The notes beneath the pieces are model-generated. The model saw only the letters and a program-made list of their open reading frames with translations. It searched no databases and was not told where the DNA came from. A stretch of 28,023 nucleotides of DNA from a bacterium (GTDB taxonomy: Bacteria; Omnitrophota; Gorgyraeia; Gygaellales; Profunditerraquicolaceae), in NCBI GenBank assembly GCA_037133515.1, contig JBAXNZ010000001.1, positions 1 through 28,023 of the forward strand, given 5' to 3'. This document shows positions 1-6,827 of the stretch, one piece after another (within the stretch, counting starts at the first letter, position 1; the number at the start of each line of letters is the position of its first letter). The translations under genes and the position numbers were made by a program.

Positions 1-677
1 CCCAACCCCCCGAGCACATTCCAGTCCGGCCTTGCGGGATTGGGGGTGCCCAGAGTAAGGACCCTAACCATAAGCACGATACCGAAAATAAACAAAAGCG
101 GCATCGCCCATTTGCAGAGCAGCTCAATCCCTCCTTTTATCCCGTGATAGATAACCCAGATATTCAAGATAAAGGTGGCCAGAAAGAATAAATACGCCAC
201 TGCCATACCATTAAAATGCTGGTTATGTTCTAAGCCCTGAAAACCTCTTAAGAAGCTCTGCATAGATGCCTGGTCCGACAGCCCCTGATATTTCCCTAGC
301 ATGGCAAACAGACTATAGGCCAGGGTCCAGGATTCGATATAAATATAATAGATAAATATGACCAGCGGCCCGAATATACCGATGATCCCGAAGTATTTGA
401 TGAAACGGTTTTTCTGTAAGAGGCTGTGGAATATCCCCGGGGCAGTGCCGTGGCCAAAACCTCCTCCGAAACGGCCCAAGGTCCACTCAATCCACATAAG
501 AGGTATCCCCAGAAGCAAAAGAGAGACAAAATAGGGAATCATAAAAGCGCCTCCGCCATTGGAGGCGGCCTTGGCAGGAAAACGCAGGAAATTACCCAGG
601 CCGACGGCAGAGCCTGCTACCGCCATAATGATACCGAGCCTTGAACCCCAGTTATCCCTCTTTTTTATCTGCGGCAT
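1..677 (-). CDS. Sodium-dependent transporter, neurotransmitter:sodium symporter (NSS/SNF) family, LeuT-like; 3' end runs off the window
   Basis: Not in the ORF track. Manual translation from ATG at 677 gives MPQIKKRDNWGSRLGIIMAVAGSAVGLGNFLRFPAKAASNGGGAFMIPYFVSLLLLGIPLMWIEWTLGRFGG...YYIYIESWTL..., open to position 1. GSAVGLGNFLRFP, NGGGAFMIPY and GIPLMWIEW are NSS TM1-TM2 signatures and closely match Aquifex LeuT as I recall it. Confidence 0.95.
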   Translation of the reverse strand, partial: MPQIKKRDNWGSRLGIIMAVAGSAVGLGNFLRFPAKAASNGGGAFMIPYFVSLLLLGIPLMWIEWTLGRFGGGFGHGTAPGIFHSLLQKNRFIKYFGIIGIFGPLVIFIYYIYIESWTLAYSLFAMLGKYQGLSDQASMQSFLRGFQGLEHNQHFNGMAVAYLFFLATFILNIWVIYHGIKGGIELLCKWAMPLLFIFGIVLMVRVLTLGTPNPARPDWNVLGGL

Positions 678-1122
678 CTAACCAACCTTCTAAAAAATCT
701 AGCGTCTTAGAAACCTCTTCGCTTAAAATATCAGAAAAGACAATCGTCTTAGGTTGAATAATTAAAATAATTATATCGGCCTTTATACTGCTTTTCAAGT
801 AATTAATGGTTAAGGTGATAGAGGCATTATGCGTAGAGAAGAAGTTTACCGTACGTAGCTCATCAGCCTCAATGACCCTGTACTCACCCGGTGAGCCTCC
901 GAAATCAGCAGCATCCAAGATTAAGATATTATCGGGATTTTCTTTTATGATTTTTTCTAGATAATTCTCAGGGGTGGGGCCGGAATCAAAGACCTTAAAG
1001 GAGACTTTGTCTTTGATGCGGTTGGCTAATATAGAGCCTGCGCCGTCGTCGCTACGCAGGGTATTTCCTATACCCAAGATGATAACTTTTCCGCTTAAAT
1101 GCGCTTTAAGGTGAGAGAGCAT
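652..1122 (-). CDS. hycI: [NiFe]-hydrogenase maturation endopeptidase (HycI family)
   Basis: VIILGIGNTLRSDDGAG, GPTPENY, ILILDAADFGGSPGE and FSTHN are the HycI/HybD peptidase motifs. The window also encodes a large subunit with a cleavable C-terminal extension. Confidence 0.92.
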   Translation of the reverse strand: MLSHLKAHLSGKVIILGIGNTLRSDDGAGSILANRIKDKVSFKVFDSGPTPENYLEKIIKENPDNILILDAADFGGSPGEYRVIEADELRTVNFFSTHNASITLTINYLKSSIKADIIILIIQPKTIVFSDILSEEVSKTLDFLEGWLDAADKKEG

Positions 1123-1134
1123 GAGGTTATGGTT

Positions 1135-1527
1135 TTATGCGGTGAGCGCCTGCTTGATCTGGGCCGGGATAGGCTTAGGCTTAAAATCTTTCCCCACGCA
1201 GACCCAGGTAGTCTTTGCTTCTAATAACAGCGTTTCGTCCTTAAAAATCTGCTGCAAGAAATAAAGAGAAGCAGTCCCTGTTTTCTGGATTTGGGCGGTG
1301 ATCTTAATGGTATCCTGATAGCGCGCTGGCGCCTTATAATCCAGGTCAACGTGCGCCACCACAAAATAAGTGCCGTTTTCACCCAGCTCCTTAAGATTTA
1401 TCCCCCTCTTTAGGCAATACTCAGTACGCGCCTCCTCCAGGTGTTTTAAATAATTAGCATAATAGACCACGCCTCCGCAGTCAGTATCATGATAATAGAT
1501 CTTACGCTCAATATAAAAGTTATTCAT
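1135..1527 (-). CDS. ybgC: Acyl-CoA thioesterase, YbgC/4HBT hotdog family
   Basis: IYYHDTDCGGVVYYANYLKHLEEARTEY matches the YbgC/FadM DTDxxGVVYxxNYL motif; 130 aa. Confidence 0.88.
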   Translation of the reverse strand: MNNFYIERKIYYHDTDCGGVVYYANYLKHLEEARTEYCLKRGINLKELGENGTYFVVAHVDLDYKAPARYQDTIKITAQIQKTGTASLYFLQQIFKDETLLLEAKTTWVCVGKDFKPKPIPAQIKQALTA

Positions 1528-1533
1528 CTTTAT

Positions 1534-1842
1534 CTATCCTGTGCTTAACCTGAAACTTAAATCTAAGAGCGTCTTTACTAGAAATGACTTTAAAAATATT
1601 ATTGCCATAAATACCAACAGAGGCGAGATGTCGATACCAAACTTAAGGCTAAAAGGCAACATCCTCCTTACCGGCTCAAGCACAGGCTCGGTAGCGCGGT
1701 ATAAAAACTGCACAATCGGATTAAAGGGGTCGGGACTGACCCAGCTGATCAGGGCGCGGATTAAAATCAGCCAGTAAAATATAGTCAGGACTATATCTAC
1801 TATCTTTGCCAGGGCAACCAGAAGATTAGAAAACGCAAACAT
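1534..1842 (-). CDS. yggT: YggT family membrane protein
   Basis: ILIRALISWVSPDPFNPIVQFLYRATEPVLEPVRR...IDISPLLVF is the YggT signature. Confidence 0.93.
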   Translation of the reverse strand: MFAFSNLLVALAKIVDIVLTIFYWLILIRALISWVSPDPFNPIVQFLYRATEPVLEPVRRMLPFSLKFGIDISPLLVFMAIIFLKSFLVKTLLDLSFRLSTG

Positions 1843-1845
1843 ATC

Positions 1846-2301
1846 TTATTCTTTCTTTTCCTGTTCTTCTTCTGACTCTTTAGGGTATTTCTCCGGGTGC
1901 AGCATCCTATCTAAGCCGCGAAATAATATCTTGGATAACAGCTCCTTCGCGTAGGCGCTGGGAGAAGATACGCTTATTTCGGTATTAGAGCCGTCTACGC
2001 TTTTAAAGAAAATCCCTACCGGGGTCGTATCGTTTTCAGAAAGATACACCGCAATCATCTCTTTATTCCTGGCGTAAATATACGAGCCGGATTTTTCCAG
2101 TATCTCCCGCGATTTATTATAGCAGGTTTCATAGCCGTAATTGATCTGTTGGCTGATAGCCTTTGGCCGATTATCTTCTAGCACTTTGGTTGAGGTTCCG
2201 GCTATACCCTTGGCTGTCTCCTTAATACTCGCGCAACCTCCCAACAAAAGAATGCAGGAAGAACAAAATAGAATCACTAAACAACATTTGCGTATATACA
2301 T
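1846..2301 (-). CDS. Uncharacterised lipoprotein (DUF3568-like, tentative)
   Basis: Start moved to ATG 2301, which has AAGGAGG 6 nt upstream; the longer ORF-track start runs into repeat element A. Signal peptide with lipobox LLGG-C (MYIRKCCLVILFCSSCILLLGGCASIKE). The domain call is by eye only. Confidence 0.7.
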   Translation of the reverse strand: MYIRKCCLVILFCSSCILLLGGCASIKETAKGIAGTSTKVLEDNRPKAISQQINYGYETCYNKSREILEKSGSYIYARNKEMIAVYLSENDTTPVGIFFKSVDGSNTEISVSSPSAYAKELLSKILFRGLDRMLHPEKYPKESEEEQEKKE

Positions 2302-2313
2302 GAATAACCTCCT

Positions 2314-2442
2314 TAAATGATCCCCGCTGCTTCGTACTTTTTCGCTTTGCGAAAAAGTACGACGGGGAGAATTAATCCCGCAGCTGCGAGAAAATTTTGG
2401 AGCGTAGCGACACAAATTTTGGAGCGCTTAGCTGTCGGGATC
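2314..2442 (-). repeat. Structured intergenic element copy A (two hairpins, REP/BIME-like)
   Basis: Perfect 14-bp inverted repeat TCGTACTTTTTCGC-TTT-GCGAAAAAGTACGA (2332-2362) inside TCCCCG/CGGGGA. A second hairpin is bounded by ATCCCG (2375-2380) and CGGGAT (2436-2441). Shares sequence blocks with 23294-23409. Confidence 0.8.
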
Positions 2443-4447
2443 ATTCATTAATAACCTGCAGGATCCTGCTTAAGTTTTTCCTGGCCTCTTCCTCTCCCCT
2501 CCTGGCAAAATCCTCTGCCCGATGCAACTCCAGCCAATGCAGGCCATGGGTATCAGGATGAATTATTATATCGGCAAGCAAGCCTTCTTTCTCGGCGACC
2601 TCTGACTGCAGCATCTCGATACTGCCGAAGATAAAACCCAGTATGTTATTCTTAAACTTTCCTTTAATATACCTGCCCAGGCTAAAACCCTTCTTATGAA
2701 TATTATCTATGTTATTCTCCTCTTTCATTTTTTCGTATCCTTTTAGTATATCTTCCCTGGAAGGGGTAACGTTGACTGCGATAATTTTTTTCACCCCCAT
2801 CTTAAAGAGCACCTCCGTAGGCAGCGGATTGACTACCCCGCCGTCAAAAAGCATCTCCTCCTTTAATTTAAAAGGCATAAATACCCCCGGCATAGCGCAG
2901 CTGGCCATAATCGCATCCGCAAGCAGCCCCTTCTCAATAACCCGGGATTCCCTTCTTCTGACATCGCTGGCGACTATCTTTAAGGGACATTTTACATCAT
3001 AGAAGGTCTTATTGCCAAAATGTCTTTTCAAGAAACTATGCAGCTTATTCCCCTTGATAAAACCTAAGAAAGGCAGGGTCAGGTCTACAAAACCCCAGAT
3101 ATGCTTGGGGCCGCTGAACTCTTTTGTAATCTCCAATATCTCTTTACTTGACCTGCCAATAGCCCAGAGCCCGGCGATAACCGCCCCTATACTTGAGCCG
3201 GATATAGCATCAACCGGGATCTGTTCTTCTTCAATAACCTTCAGTACTCCTATATGGCAGAAGCCGTAGGCAAAGCCCACGCCCAAGGCCAGGCCTACCA
3301 GACAATCCCCCATCTGGCGGGCGATCCTCCTTACTGCCCTGGCATATTCTGAGTCGGGAGAGGCTAAAATCATAATATCGGCTCCCGTAAAATCTATCTT
3401 GGGAAGGGTTGCGAATATGGGATGTTCCAGCATTAGAACCTGCTCGTCATAACTGAGTTTTGCTAATTTATACTCATTGATAATGATCTTTATCTTGTTC
3501 GGGGGGAAATTGAATTCGCTTTTAAGCCGGTGTATCAGGTTATGAGTCCTCTTTAAATCTACCGGCTCGGGGCTTGAGAGTATATTGATAATATCGGACT
3601 GGTTGAGGATATCAAAAACAGAGCGGTCCATCACCGAAGGCAAATCCAGGATGAGGTAATGATAATCATTGACCAGAAGGCTTAAGATAGCCACCAGCCT
3701 CTTGACGCATGACTCGTCCTTCTCTTCATAAGAGAGACAGATCAGGTCTACCCCAAACCTGTCGTGCAATAGGAAATTTTTTATCGACTCAGGAGCGTCT
3801 TTAGAATCACTGGAGAGGTTAAAGATAGGATAATCCCCTACTATCTCTAAGCGACGGGGAAGGCTGGGCAATCTGTCTTTTAAGAAGATATCCAGGATAA
3901 CTACGGATTTATGCGTTTCCTTGCTCAGGTTAAAAGCCAGATTTAGGGCATATACGGTCTTACCTGCCTGGGAATAAGAGCTAAATACCGAGATGACCGT
4001 GCTTTCAAAGACAGTCTTGGGGTGGATATCTTTGTTCTTTAGCCTGCGCGAGAGGGTCTGGCTCAGATCAATAGCTAGGGCCGGGATTCGCCTTAAGATA
4101 AAATCAAAATCATCCTTCTTGATAACCAAAAGCACGGAGTCATTCATAGCCTCCGCGCTTACGGAATGCGGATCACCCGTCAATAGCGAGATTATACCGA
4201 AGTACTTACCGCGGTGGAGATATTCCAGTATTGTTTTTTCTCCGCAAGAATTGGTAGTATAAATCATAGCCCTGCCTGTGACCAAGCAATAGAAGGCATC
4301 CGGGCTACTGCCCTCTTTATAAATAACCTGGCCCTTCTTATATTCCACTACGCTAGATCTTTCCCGCACGATTGCGCGCTCCTGCGCCGTGAGCCCGGAA
4401 AAGAGAGACAATTCTTTTAATATATTATTCCTATTAATGTATTCCAT
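2441..4447 (-). CDS. cNMP-binding domain + MinD/ParA-like P-loop domain + patatin-like lipid hydrolase (NTE/RssA-like architecture)
   Basis: N-terminus has a CAP_ED fold pattern (YKKGQVIYKEG...FYCLVTG...YFG). The middle has VISVFSSYSQAGKTVYALNLAFNL, VVILDI and LILDLPS (MinD/CpaE-like). The C-terminus has GLALGVG, GSSIG (nucleophile Ser) and DGGVVNPLP (catalytic Asp). Confidence 0.88.
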   Translation of the reverse strand: MEYINRNNILKELSLFSGLTAQERAIVRERSSVVEYKKGQVIYKEGSSPDAFYCLVTGRAMIYTTNSCGEKTILEYLHRGKYFGIISLLTGDPHSVSAEAMNDSVLLVIKKDDFDFILRRIPALAIDLSQTLSRRLKNKDIHPKTVFESTVISVFSSYSQAGKTVYALNLAFNLSKETHKSVVILDIFLKDRLPSLPRRLEIVGDYPIFNLSSDSKDAPESIKNFLLHDRFGVDLICLSYEEKDESCVKRLVAILSLLVNDYHYLILDLPSVMDRSVFDILNQSDIINILSSPEPVDLKRTHNLIHRLKSEFNFPPNKIKIIINEYKLAKLSYDEQVLMLEHPIFATLPKIDFTGADIMILASPDSEYARAVRRIARQMGDCLVGLALGVGFAYGFCHIGVLKVIEEEQIPVDAISGSSIGAVIAGLWAIGRSSKEILEITKEFSGPKHIWGFVDLTLPFLGFIKGNKLHSFLKRHFGNKTFYDVKCPLKIVASDVRRRESRVIEKGLLADAIMASCAMPGVFMPFKLKEEMLFDGGVVNPLPTEVLFKMGVKKIIAVNVTPSREDILKGYEKMKEENNIDNIHKKGFSLGRYIKGKFKNNILGFIFGSIEMLQSEVAEKEGLLADIIIHPDTHGLHWLELHRAEDFARRGEEEARKNLSRILQVINE

Positions 4448-5666
4448 TATCTAGCCTTGCGCTCTTACAAACCTGAGCAAACTTCTTTGCGCTCTCCCTG
4501 ACCCTACGCGTAAAATTATTGTAGTCTACCTCAACTAGCCCAAAACGCGGGGTGAAACCCTTATCCCATTCGTAATTATCCAACAGAGACCAGTATAAAT
4601 ATCCTTTCACCTGCACCCCCTCCTGCATGGCGCGATAAATGGCAGAAAGGTGGCCCCAGATATATTCCCAGCGCAGATTATCGTCTTCGGTGCAGATGCC
4701 GTTCTCGGTAATAATGACCGGCAGGTTATACCTCTTTAGCTTAACTAACAACAGGTACAGGCCTTGGGGATAAATATCCCAGCCCAGGGAATTTTTCTTA
4801 CAGGGATGGTGGTTATCCTGGCAGGTATCTATCAGGAGGCTACTGACTCCCCAGCTGCGCGGCTCCGCGAGATTGCGGCTGTAGTAATTGACTCCGATGT
4901 AATCTAGCGTAGATGCGCGCCTTAGTTTATCCAGGAGGCTAAAATTAATATTCCTATCTCTAAGATAGGCAGCAAGTTTATTTCTAAAAGTAGGCTGACA
5001 TGGCAGGAATGCCTGCATATTATGGGCGATACTTATTAACGGTAGCGCTAAACCTTTCTTCCGGTAAATACGCTGTATGAGCCGGTATGAGCCGATATGC
5101 GCACCCGCTAACTCCTGCCGGACGCGATTGGCCTTTATAAGAGAACGCTCTCCAGGCGGCCAATCGCCAGCGACGTAAGAAAAGTAAACATATATAAGCG
5201 GTTCATTGATCGTTATCCAGTAGCTTACTTTATCGGCCAGGAGATCCACTACGCGCTCTACATAACGCAAAAAATAGGCGGTAGCGCGCCTGTTGTGCCA
5301 ACCTCCGATACGGGAAAACCATACGGGATTGGTAAAATGATGCAGGGTAACCAAAGGCTCCAGGTTACGTTCCTTTAGCGCTGACAACACCTGCCGGTAA
5401 TGCAGGAGTTCTTTCTCGGAAAATTCCCCCTCCCTTGGCTCAATGCGTCCCCATTCCAGAGAAAGACGATGGGTATTATGATTGAGGCTCTGGGCCAGAT
5501 CAAAATCTTCTCTATAAAGTTCGTAGTGCCTGCAGGCCTGGCCTGAGTGGCCTTTGCCCCTGCCTCTTTTTTCCCACTCCCACCAGTCGCTATTGTTATT
5601 TTCCCCCTCGACCTGATAGGCAGAGGTAGCTGCGCCCCAGAGGAAATCTTTAGGGAATTCAATCAT
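4434..5666 (-). CDS. Glycoside hydrolase family 1 (beta-glucosidase/beta-glycosidase), no signal peptide
   Basis: FPKDFLWGAATSAYQVEG, TINEP (acid/base Glu), ITENG (nucleophile Glu), WSLLDNYEW, RFGLVEVDY. Confidence 0.96.
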   Translation of the reverse strand: MIEFPKDFLWGAATSAYQVEGENNNSDWWEWEKRGRGKGHSGQACRHYELYREDFDLAQSLNHNTHRLSLEWGRIEPREGEFSEKELLHYRQVLSALKERNLEPLVTLHHFTNPVWFSRIGGWHNRRATAYFLRYVERVVDLLADKVSYWITINEPLIYVYFSYVAGDWPPGERSLIKANRVRQELAGAHIGSYRLIQRIYRKKGLALPLISIAHNMQAFLPCQPTFRNKLAAYLRDRNINFSLLDKLRRASTLDYIGVNYYSRNLAEPRSWGVSSLLIDTCQDNHHPCKKNSLGWDIYPQGLYLLLVKLKRYNLPVIITENGICTEDDNLRWEYIWGHLSAIYRAMQEGVQVKGYLYWSLLDNYEWDKGFTPRFGLVEVDYNNFTRRVRESAKKFAQVCKSARLDNGIH

Positions 5667-5699
5667 GATTTAGACTCCATAGGTAAGCTTATAACGTTT

Positions 5700-5728
5700 A
5701 TTATAGCATTGTAAAATAAAAATCCCAA
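5700..5728 (-). promoter_or_regulatory. Putative sigma70 promoter for the GH1-patatin unit
   Basis: Minus strand TGCTATAAT (extended -10, 5708-5700), with TTGGGA 17 nt upstream of TATAAT, about 35 nt before the GH1 ATG. Confidence 0.55.
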
Positions 5729-5751
5729 CATCATTTTTGTTGGGATTTTTA
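5717..5751 (-). terminator. Intrinsic terminator downstream of the peptidoglycan-binding lipoprotein gene
   Basis: Perfect 14-bp inverted repeat TAAAAATCCCAACA-7 nt-TGTTGGGATTTTTA, followed by a T-rich run on the minus strand, 22 nt after the stop at 5774. Confidence 0.75.
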
Positions 5752-5773
5752 TCATTAGCTATTAAAATCTGTC

Positions 5774-6250
5774 TTATCTTACTCTCAGCGATACGGTCTT
5801 CTCTTTTGATACTGGCTCGGATGCGCTAGCGCTTAAGTGCTTGCTCAATACTGCCCAGGTCTTAGAGCCCACCTTACCGTCTGCTTTAAGATTATTGGCC
5901 TTTTGAAACGCCTCAATTGCCTTTTTGCTCATCGGGCCTATCTTGCCGTCAATAGCGCCGGTGTAATACCCTGCGTTTTTCAATGCTGTTTGAATATCCC
6001 GAGCAGCAGGCTTAGAAGAACCAACCGGAGGCAAATTAGCCTCTAATCCAACAGGCGCGGTTGTCTGTACTGCGGGGCTAGGCATTTCAGAAACTGCCGG
6101 CTTAAACTCCGGCGTAGTGGCGTTTATGGCGGTAAGCGTATCCATAGACATCGGCTCCTGCATCTGCTCAAGCGAGGTATCTTTCTTGCTGCAGCCAAAA
6201 ATAGAAAAGACCAAAAATACTGCCACTAAAACAACTAGGTAATTCTTCAT
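5774..6250 (-). CDS. Peptidoglycan-binding domain (PG_binding_1) lipoprotein
   Basis: Lipobox IFG-C, a Pro/Thr/Ala-rich linker, then IQTALKNAGYYTGAIDGKIGPMSKKAIEAFQKANNLKADGKVGSKTWAVL. Confidence 0.9.
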   Translation of the reverse strand: MKNYLVVLVAVFLVFSIFGCSKKDTSLEQMQEPMSMDTLTAINATTPEFKPAVSEMPSPAVQTTAPVGLEANLPPVGSSKPAARDIQTALKNAGYYTGAIDGKIGPMSKKAIEAFQKANNLKADGKVGSKTWAVLSKHLSASASEPVSKEKTVSLRVR

Positions 6251-6278
6251 AACTTCCTTTCTCCTTTCTTTTTTATCT

Positions 6279-6306
6279 ATTATAATACTTTTTTTGTTAG
6301 AATCAA
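6279..6306 (-). promoter_or_regulatory. Putative sigma70 promoter for the PG-binding lipoprotein gene
   Basis: Minus strand TTGATT (6306-6301), 16 nt, TATAAT (6284-6279), followed by AAGGAG/AGGA SD-like sequence before ATG 6250. Confidence 0.6.
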
Positions 6307-6320
6307 ATTAAACTTTATTT

Positions 6321-6809
6321 TTACTTTCTAGGATTTTCGTGACTACGGATAATCCTTATTACTTCCTTGGCATCCTTGGCCTGGCGCAACAAGTCCACGA
6401 TAAATTTATCTTTTATAAGATAAGATATTTTGGCTAAGATCTTCAGATGCTCTCCTATCGGCTCAAGCGGAGAGGCCAGAATAAAAAACAGGTATACCTT
6501 TTCTCCGTCCAGCGCACCAAAATCAACCCCCTCCTTGGATTTGGCAAAGGCCAGGGCAAAGCCTTTTATGGAGCCGGCCTTGGCATGAGGGATAGCTACG
6601 CCGTTTCCTATTCCAGTCGAACCCAGCCTCTCCCGCTCCAATATAGAACGCAGGAAGGCGTTCTTATTTTTAAGCTTACCTGACTTACCCAGGAGCTCGA
6701 CCAGCCCGACGATCAGCTTGGACTTGTTCTTCTCTTTAAAATCCAGATCGATCACCTTTTCATTCAAAAGACTGTGCAACTTCCTTTCTACTGGACCCCT
6801 GCCGCTCAT
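6321..6809 (-). CDS. PTS IIA protein, fructose/mannitol/nitrogen-regulatory (PtsN-like) family
   Basis: ILERERLGSTGIGNGVAIPHAK with the phospho-acceptor His, and GVDFGALDGEKVYLFFIL; stand-alone, 162 aa. Confidence 0.92.
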   Translation of the reverse strand: MSGRGPVERKLHSLLNEKVIDLDFKEKNKSKLIVGLVELLGKSGKLKNKNAFLRSILERERLGSTGIGNGVAIPHAKAGSIKGFALAFAKSKEGVDFGALDGEKVYLFFILASPLEPIGEHLKILAKISYLIKDKFIVDLLRQAKDAKEVIRIIRSHENPRK

Positions 6810-6827
6810 AATACCACCTTCCTCTGA

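Noticed and set aside
1-50. GC-rich possible hairpin at the window start
   Set aside because: It lies in frame within the NSS transporter (GTPNPARPDWNVLGGL) and the pairing is poor.
2302-2415. ORF-track N-terminal extensions (2415, 8726, 9036, 12631, 19495, 23306)
   Set aside because: They run into upstream genes or repeat elements. The downstream ATGs have SD sequences or stop/start overlaps and match family N-termini.
2314-2442. CRISPR array, tRNA or plain terminator interpretation of the hairpin elements
   Set aside because: There are only two dispersed copies with no spacers, no cloverleaf or T/D-loop consensus, and no U-tract after the stems on the coding strand.
2441-4447. CBASS-like or other defence effector (patatin plus nucleotide-binding domain)
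   Set aside because: No CD-NTase, cyclase, Cap2/Cap3 or other defence gene is nearby, and the architecture fits NTE/RssA-type proteins better than CapV.
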